Below are positions 58,115-64,000 of a DNA stretch of 64,000 bases, one piece after another. The notes under the pieces are model-generated. The model saw only the letters and a list, made by a program, of their open reading frames with translations, did not search any database and was not told where the DNA came from. The stretch lies in assembly GCA_050946275.1 (NCBI GenBank), contig JBMNUM010000010.1, positions 1,677-65,676 of the forward strand, read 5' to 3'. Source of the stretch: Coriobacteriales bacterium (GTDB lineage: Bacteria > Actinomycetota > Coriobacteriia > Coriobacteriales > CADBOM01). The stretch's first letter is position 1; the number at the start of each line of letters is the position of its first letter. The position numbers were made by a program, and so were the translations under genes.

Positions 58115-59398
58115 ATGCGTCGGTCCATCCTGCATGCCGACATGAATTGCTTCTACGCCACCGTGGAGCAGCACCGGAACCCGGAATTGCGCGGCCTGCC
58201 CATCGCGGTCGCCGGAGACCCGGAACGGCGCAACGGCATCATCCTGGCGAAGAGCCGCGAGGCGAAGGCATACGGCGTGAAGACAGCTGAGGCGATCTGG
58301 CAGGCGCGGCAGAAGTGCCCGAGCCTCATCCTCGTCCCGCCCGATTACGCGGCATATCGTCGCTACTCGCGCCTCGCGCGCATGATCTACTACGACTACA
58401 CGAACCAGGTGGAGCCGTTCGGCCTCGACGAGAGCTGGCTCGACATCACCGGCTCGCTCGAGCTGTTCGGCGGCGACGAGATGCTCGTGGCGACCGAGAT
58501 ATCGGAGCGGGTGAAGTCGGAGCTGGGGCTCACGGTCTCGGTCGGCGTGTCGTGGAACAAGGTGTTCGCGAAGTTCGGTTCGGACGAGGATCGCGGCGAC
58601 GGCATCGTGCGCATCACGCCGGAGAACTACCGGCAGGTCGTCTGGCCCTATCCCGTGCGGGAGCTCATCTACGTGGGGCCGGCGACGGAGCGCAAGCTGC
58701 GCGAGCTCGGCATCCTCACGATCGGCGAGCTCGCGACGGCATCCGAGCGCATGCTCGTCCATCGGCTCGGCAAGATGGGCGGGGTGCTCCGCGCGTTCGC
58801 TAACGGGTTGGACTGCAGTCCGGTCAAGGTGCTCGACCCATGTGCGGGGGATACGCGGCGCGAGATCAAATCCATCGGCAACGGGCTCACCGCGCCGCAC
58901 GATATCGTGGACGAGTCGTCCGCCAAGGCGCTCGTGTATCTGCTCGCGGAGTCGCTCGCGCAGCGCTTGCGCGAGGAGGGGTTCCGCTGCCGCGTCGTGG
59001 CCGTGAGCGCGCGCGATGGCGGAGACCTCACTTTCTTCGGCAGGCAGGTGACGCTCCGCGTGCCCACGAGCATCACGGAGGAGATAGCGCGCACGGCCTT
59101 CGAGCTGTTGCGCGCGAACGTGCCATTCGGTCCATCCCACCCGCTGCGCGCGATCGGGGTGAGGGCATGCAACCTCGTGCCGGTCGAGGTGCCCTTGCAG
59201 GGCGATCTGTTCTCCGACATGGAGCGTCGCGAGGGCCTGGAGCGGCTCGACCACGCGATTGACGGGCTCCGGAACCGGTTCGGCAACGCATGCGTGCGCC
59301 GGCTCGCCGAGCTGGCCGACGATACGCTGACGGATCTCGACATCAAGCGCGATAACGTCGTGCATCCGGTCGGATTCTTCCATGGGGCGGCCGGATGA
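58115..59398 (+). CDS. dinB: Y-family DNA polymerase IV
   Basis: ILHADMNCFYATVE, SLDE(S)WLDIT and the VGVSWNKVFAK motif pattern. Confidence 0.9.
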   Translation: MRRSILHADMNCFYATVEQHRNPELRGLPIAVAGDPERRNGIILAKSREAKAYGVKTAEAIWQARQKCPSLILVPPDYAAYRRYSRLARMIYYDYTNQVEPFGLDESWLDITGSLELFGGDEMLVATEISERVKSELGLTVSVGVSWNKVFAKFGSDEDRGDGIVRITPENYRQVVWPYPVRELIYVGPATERKLRELGILTIGELATASERMLVHRLGKMGGVLRAFANGLDCSPVKVLDPCAGDTRREIKSIGNGLTAPHDIVDESSAKALVYLLAESLAQRLREEGFRCRVVAVSARDGGDLTFFGRQVTLRVPTSITEEIARTAFELLRANVPFGPSHPLRAIGVRACNLVPVEVPLQGDLFSDMERREGLERLDHAIDGLRNRFGNACVRRLAELADDTLTDLDIKRDNVVHPVGFFHGAAG

Positions 59399-59418
59399 GC
59401 CGGAGGAGGTGATGGCAC

Positions 59419-59691
59419 GTGGCGGCGAAGGGCATAACGGGTAGGGAGAAGCGATACGTCTCGGTCGTGGCGCATCACGACGAGGACGGGCGCGTCATCC
59501 CGTTGTCCATCGAGTGGGATGACGGGCGCGTCTTCCCCATAGACGACGTCCGCGACGTGCGCCGCGCCGCCTCGCTCAAGACCGGTGGGGATGGCATGCG
59601 CTACACGATCCGCATCGGCCGCAACATCACCTACCTCTTCTACGAGGACCCCCGCTGGTTCGTGGAGGAGAAAGTCGTCGAGATGCCGTGA
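59419..59691 (+). CDS. Small conserved-looking hypothetical protein, apparently co-transcribed with dinB
   Basis: 90 aa. GTG start 9 nt after GGAGGAGG and 20 nt after the dinB stop. No family recognised. Confidence 0.5.
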   Translation: MAAKGITGREKRYVSVVAHHDEDGRVIPLSIEWDDGRVFPIDDVRDVRRAASLKTGGDGMRYTIRIGRNITYLFYEDPRWFVEEKVVEMP

Positions 59692-59768
59692 CGAAGGAGA
59701 TGGTCGTTGCTGACGGCACTCTTCCATCGCCGTAGAATAGACATGTCCATCAGGTGAGGGGAGGCCCC

Positions 59769-60470
59769 ATGGCCGCTGAGAAGAACACGGGGAAGAAAAC
59801 GGCGTCGAAGCCGCGCAAGCGCAGGAAGCCCTCGGCGAAGGTCGCGGAGCGGGCGAGCATCGTCATGGAGCGCATGGCGGAGCATTATCCGAGCAGCGGC
59901 GGGTATCTCACATCGGAGAACCCCTTCCAGCTGGTGATTGCCGTGCTGCTCTCCGCGCAGACGACCGACAAGGCCGTCAACAGCGTGACACCCGAGCTCT
60001 TCAGGCGATGGCCGACCCCCGAGGCGCTGGCCGCGGCCGACGAGCTCGAGATCCAGGAGGTCATCCATCCACTCGGCTTCTACAAGACGAAGGCCAAGCG
60101 CTGCATCGAGTGCGCGGCCACGCTGCTGACGGAGTTCGGCGGCGAGGTGCCCCGGACGATCGACGAGCTCATCAAGCTGCCGGGCGTCGGTCGCAAGACG
60201 GCCAACGTTGTGCTCAACGACGCATTCGGGATCGCAGAGGGCGTCGCGGTCGACACGCACGTGGGCCGCATCGCGCGCAAGCTGGGCTTTTCCAGGAACA
60301 CCGACCCCTCGAAGGTGGAGCAGGACATCCTCTGGATCTTCCCCGAGAGCGAGTGGACGCACATCAACCACCGGTGGATAGCCTTCGGGCGCGAGGTCTG
60401 CGACGCGCGCAAGCCGAAGTGCTCCGAGTGCTGGCTTTCCGACGTCTGCCCGAGCTGCAAGGTGCGGTGA
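59769..60470 (+). CDS. nth: Endonuclease III
   Basis: HhH-GPD motif LPGVGRKTANVVL, catalytic D, and the [4Fe-4S] ligands C-X6-C-X2-C-X5-C (CDARKPKCSECWLSDVC). Basic N-terminal tail. Confidence 0.92.
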   Translation: MAAEKNTGKKTASKPRKRRKPSAKVAERASIVMERMAEHYPSSGGYLTSENPFQLVIAVLLSAQTTDKAVNSVTPELFRRWPTPEALAAADELEIQEVIHPLGFYKTKAKRCIECAATLLTEFGGEVPRTIDELIKLPGVGRKTANVVLNDAFGIAEGVAVDTHVGRIARKLGFSRNTDPSKVEQDILWIFPESEWTHINHRWIAFGREVCDARKPKCSECWLSDVCPSCKVR

Positions 60471-60498
60471 TGCGGGTTGGTGGCCGTGCTGCAGCGGC

Positions 60499-61062
60499 CT
60501 ATCTGACTTGAGCCATGAGCCCGGCGGTGCAACGTCGCTCGAGCTCCTCTGCTGGAATCGGCTGGCCTGCATCGATCCACCAGCGGAGCGTCTGCATCAT
60601 CCCGCCCGCGTAGTACAACGCCGCGAAATCCGCCGGCACATCGAGCTCGATTCCCTCGTTGCGCGCGTATGCATCCAGATGCTCGAAGATCCCGACCGCT
60701 ATCTGCCTCGTGAGCATGTCGATGATCTCCACCTCCGCGCGCCTGCCCATCGCGTTGCGCGCGAGGTCGTGGTTCCCGTTGACGAACGAGATGAGCTCCC
60801 GGTGCATGTGGCGCGCGTATTCCTCTAGCCCGAGCTGGGCGGCGTCCTTGTCGATGTGCTCGAGGAACCTGTCGGTCATCGACTGCAGGAATGCCTTCAT
60901 GAATGCGCCCCGGTCGGGGAAATGCCGGTAGAACGTGGCGCGGTTCACCGTCGATCGCGCGCATATATCGGTTACGCTGATCTTCTCGAACGGCATCTCC
61001 CCAAGCAGCTCCTCGTATGCATCGAAGAGCATCCTCCTCGTGCGCTGTATGCGGATATCCAT
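60499..61062 (-). CDS. TetR/AcrR family transcriptional regulator
   Basis: N-terminal HTH (FEKISVTDICARSTVNRATFYRHF). Divergent from the molybdoenzyme locus. Confidence 0.85.
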   Translation of the reverse strand: MDIRIQRTRRMLFDAYEELLGEMPFEKISVTDICARSTVNRATFYRHFPDRGAFMKAFLQSMTDRFLEHIDKDAAQLGLEEYARHMHRELISFVNGNHDLARNAMGRRAEVEIIDMLTRQIAVGIFEHLDAYARNEGIELDVPADFAALYYAGGMMQTLRWWIDAGQPIPAEELERRCTAGLMAQVR

Positions 61063-61097
61063 CGCCAACCCCTTTCGGAAGAGCTGCGGCGATACAG

Positions 61098-61117
61098 TTT
61101 GCAACTTCTGTTGCAAA
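61098..61117. promoter_or_regulatory. Candidate TetR operator
   Basis: Perfect inverted repeat TTTGCAAC-ttct-GTTGCAAA in the divergent intergenic region. Confidence 0.45.
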
Positions 61118-61236
61118 AGCAACAGCATTGTATAACTGTGACCTATTCCTACCGTTTAACAGCTGAGATGATGGTATCACAGATGCGACAAATGTCGCGT
61201 AACGATATCTGAAAGCATTAAGAGAGAGGGAGCATC

Positions 61237-61539
61237 ATGGCAATGGAAGTCTACGAGGCAATCATCAAGATCCCCATCGGCAAGAAGCCCTGCACGCTCA
61301 CGATCGATCGGAAGGGCGACGGAACCTTCGAGGGCGACTTCACCGTGCTCGGTTCGACCGCACCCGTTTCCGACGGGAAGATTGACGATGAGGGCAACTT
61401 CAGCTGCGGCTGCACCATAACCACCATCCTCGGAACCATGGAGGGCGTCGCGGAGGGTCGCGTGCACGATGGCCTGATCGAGGGCGTTGCCAAGGCGCGC
61501 ATCGGCGTCCTCGAGATGAAGTCGCCCGAGCTTTGGTAG
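61237..61539 (+). CDS. Hypothetical 100-aa protein preceding the molybdoenzyme genes
   Basis: ATG follows GAGAGGGAG. Gly/Thr/Asp-rich composition that looks beta-rich. No family recognised. Confidence 0.5.
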   Translation: MAMEVYEAIIKIPIGKKPCTLTIDRKGDGTFEGDFTVLGSTAPVSDGKIDDEGNFSCGCTITTILGTMEGVAEGRVHDGLIEGVAKARIGVLEMKSPELW

Positions 61540-61595
61540 GAGCCGTCGGTTCTAAACGCAGGTTCAAGGCTTTCTATCTGGGGAGAGGGGAAGCA

Positions 61596-63932
61596 ATGCA
61601 GAAATCATTTGTGAGCGAGACGCTGCTCGCGCGCGATGTCGTGGAGCCGGGCGATGTGAAGCTCAACGAGCGTGGCCTGAGCTATTTCGAGCAGGAGAAA
61701 CCCTGGCGATACCGGGAAGGCTCCTTCGACGTGACGCGCGGCTCGGCATGGTCCGCACCCGGCTGCCACCTCGGGTGCGGCGTGCTCATCTACAGCAAGG
61801 ACGGCGAGGTCGACCACGTCGAGGGCGACCCCGCGAACCCGTATAGCCAGGGGCGGCTGTGTCCCCGCTGCTGCGCGGTTTCCGACTTCGTGAACCACGA
61901 GAACCGCATCCTGTACCCGATGAAGCGTGCGCGCGAGGACCGGGGCAAGGATGCATGGGAGCGCATCACCTGGGATGAGGCGCTCGACACGGTCGAGAGG
62001 CGGTTCAACGAGTACAAGGACGAATATGGTGCCGAGAGCGTGCTGTTCATGCAGGGCACGGGCCGCGACATCGCCGCCTACATCAGCCGCCTCGCCTGGT
62101 CGTTCGGCAGTCCGAACTACTTTTTCAGCCTCTCGAACGTGGCCTGCTTCGGGCCGCGTATCTTCGCGAGCATGATGACCACGGGCTCCTTCATGGTTGG
62201 CGACTACTCCCAGCAGTTCATCGACCGATACGATAACCCCGAGTGGGTCTGTCCGGGTGTCGTGGTGGTGTGGGGCAACAATCCCGTCGTCGCCAACTCG
62301 GATGGCGCTTACGGCCACTGGGTGACCGACGTCCTGCAGCGCGGCGCCAAGCTGCTCGTGGTGGACCCCCGCCTGACATGGCTCGCCGCGCAAGCCGACG
62401 TGTGGTGCCGCGTGAGGCCGGGGTCGGACCATGCGCTCGCCCTCGGCATGGCGCGCGTGATGATCGAGGAGGGACTCTATGACGCCGATTTCGTCGACTG
62501 CTGGTGCTACGGGTTCGACGAATACGCGCAGGTATGCGACGAGTGGACGCTCGAGCGCACATCGGAGGTCACCTGGGTCGATGCCGACTCGATCGTCGCG
62601 GCCGCCCACCTCATCGCCGACAACGCGCCCGCGCTCCTGCAGTGGGGCGTCGCGCTCGACCAGCGCGAGGACTGCGTCGACGGCTCCCGCGCCGTCCTCG
62701 ACCTCTTCGCCATCACCGGCAACCTCGAGAAGCCCGGCTCGAACGTCATCGGCCCCGAGCTCCTCAAGTACATCACCGGATGGGGACGCGACCTGCTGCC
62801 CTTCGATGCGGAGGAGAAGCGCATCGGTGCTAACGATCTGCTCGTCTACAAGCTTGCGCTGCAGGTCGGGTCGATGAACCTCGCAATCGACCACCTGATC
62901 GAGCAGCCCGAGGACTATCCGGTGAAGGCCTCGTGGCTCCAGACGATCAATCAGATCGCCTGCGGTGGCGTTGACAACGAGCGGACCCTGCAGGCGTTCG
63001 GCAACCTCGAGTTCAACGTCGTGGTCGACCTGTTCATGACGCCGACGGCGATGGCCTACGGCGACCTGTTCCTGCCCGTGACAACCTATCCCGAGCGCAA
63101 CGGCATCCGCTGCGGCGACGGGACGCAGCGCGGCGAGACCATCAACGCCGCGGTCCCGCCTCGCGGCGAGACGAGGAGCGACATGGAGATCAACCTCGAG
63201 CTCGGCCGCAGGTTCAATCCGGAGGCGTGGCCGTGGGAGACCGTCGAGGACATGTTCAGCAGCATCCTTGTCGAGACCGGCATGGACTTCGAGGGGGTGC
63301 GCGCCACCGCTCCCAGCTACCTGCCGTTCGAATATCGCAAGAACGAGACGGGCAATATCCGCCCGGATGGCAGCGTGGGCTTCATGACGCCGACGGGACG
63401 CGTCGAGCTCTACTCGCGCGGTCTCGAGTTCATGGGGTTCGACCCGCTGCCTCACTACATCGAGCCCCCGATGACACCGTTCTCGCAGCCCGAGCTCTAC
63501 GAGGAGTATCCTCTCGTGCTCACGACGGGCGCGCGCAGGCACAACACGTTCCATTCGGAGAACCGCCAGGGTGGCCGGCTGCGGGCAATCCATCCCGAGC
63601 CGACGATCCAGCTCCATCCCGATGCGGCGGCGCGTTTCGGCGTGCGCGAGGGGCAATGGGTGTGGGTCGAGGGCCCGGTCGGCACGACTGGCCGCACGGC
63701 GCGCGCCAAGCGCGTGGTGGAGCTCGCACCCGGTCAGGATGCACGCGTCGCCTCCACGGACCATGGCTGGTGGCATCCCGAGGGCGATCCCGAGAACCTC
63801 TATGACGTGATGGACCTCAACATCAACAACCTGATTCCCTGGACCACGGGCAAGAGCGGTATCGGTGCGAACTACAAGTGCCTGCTCTGCAAGGTGTATC
63901 CGGTTCGGGATGAGAGCGAGAAGGGGGAATAG
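61596..63932 (+). CDS. Molybdopterin-dependent oxidoreductase catalytic subunit (DMSO reductase family), no Tat signal
   Basis: 778 aa. N-terminal FeS-type Cys cluster CHLGCG...CPRCC. MopB-like core and a C-terminal beta-barrel (IHPEDA-like IQLHPDAAARFGVREGQWVWV). No RRxF twin-arginine leader is visible. Confidence 0.85.
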   Translation: MQKSFVSETLLARDVVEPGDVKLNERGLSYFEQEKPWRYREGSFDVTRGSAWSAPGCHLGCGVLIYSKDGEVDHVEGDPANPYSQGRLCPRCCAVSDFVNHENRILYPMKRAREDRGKDAWERITWDEALDTVERRFNEYKDEYGAESVLFMQGTGRDIAAYISRLAWSFGSPNYFFSLSNVACFGPRIFASMMTTGSFMVGDYSQQFIDRYDNPEWVCPGVVVVWGNNPVVANSDGAYGHWVTDVLQRGAKLLVVDPRLTWLAAQADVWCRVRPGSDHALALGMARVMIEEGLYDADFVDCWCYGFDEYAQVCDEWTLERTSEVTWVDADSIVAAAHLIADNAPALLQWGVALDQREDCVDGSRAVLDLFAITGNLEKPGSNVIGPELLKYITGWGRDLLPFDAEEKRIGANDLLVYKLALQVGSMNLAIDHLIEQPEDYPVKASWLQTINQIACGGVDNERTLQAFGNLEFNVVVDLFMTPTAMAYGDLFLPVTTYPERNGIRCGDGTQRGETINAAVPPRGETRSDMEINLELGRRFNPEAWPWETVEDMFSSILVETGMDFEGVRATAPSYLPFEYRKNETGNIRPDGSVGFMTPTGRVELYSRGLEFMGFDPLPHYIEPPMTPFSQPELYEEYPLVLTTGARRHNTFHSENRQGGRLRAIHPEPTIQLHPDAAARFGVREGQWVWVEGPVGTTGRTARAKRVVELAPGQDARVASTDHGWWHPEGDPENLYDVMDLNINNLIPWTTGKSGIGANYKCLLCKVYPVRDESEKGE

Positions 63933-63934
63933 CC

Positions 63935-64000
63935 ATGTCGGGAAAAGCGCTGCTTGTGAACTACCGCTGGTGCTCGGGCTGCCATTCCTGTGAGGTGGCC
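63935..64000 (+). CDS. 4Fe-4S ferredoxin-type electron-transfer subunit (N-terminal fragment, runs off the window)
   Basis: MSGKALLVNYRWCSGCHSCEVA matches the DmsB/PsrB-like CxxCxxC start. Begins 3 nt after the catalytic subunit stop. Confidence 0.7.
   Translation, partial: MSGKALLVNYRWCSGCHSCEVA

Overview
High-GC (roughly 63-65% by eye) chromosomal segment. The gene order is the Gram-positive type: rimP-nusA-ylxR-infB-rbfA-nrnA-truB-ribF, scpA-scpB-rluB, and tyrA-aroA-cmk-plsC-ispH-(DUF512)-der-plsY-rpe. Together with anaerobe markers (membrane pyrophosphatase, rubrerythrin, cytoplasmic molybdopterin oxidoreductase), this suggests an anaerobic Actinomycetota of the Coriobacteriia/Eggerthellaceae type; that assignment is inference only. 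About 50 CDS are supported, most on the + strand. There are three tRNAs: a partial Gln, a Met/Ile2-type CAU and Val-CAC. Regulatory calls include a fluoride riboswitch ahead of crcB and a Cheo-type LexA box ahead of dinB. No transposase, integrase, CRISPR array or known defence system is visible. The leads worth a second look are these. (1) A trio at 30.8-36.9 kb: a cytoplasmic LRR protein, a VWA/DUF2201-like protein, and an AAA+ ATPase fused to a methyltransferase-like domain. (2) One continuous ORF encoding rubredoxin, a GltS-type FMN domain, a zinc ribbon and rubrerythrin. (3) A 737-bp non-coding island of palindromic repeats, bracketed by a perfect 20-bp direct repeat, between rluB and tyrA. 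(4) Two families of dispersed REP-like palindromes at many gene junctions, some lying in-frame inside ORFs. (5) A 57-bp duplication that includes the 3' end of the tRNA-CAU gene and looks like an att scar. All product calls rest on motifs I recognise in the translations. No database search was run, and start codons are best guesses from SD spacing.
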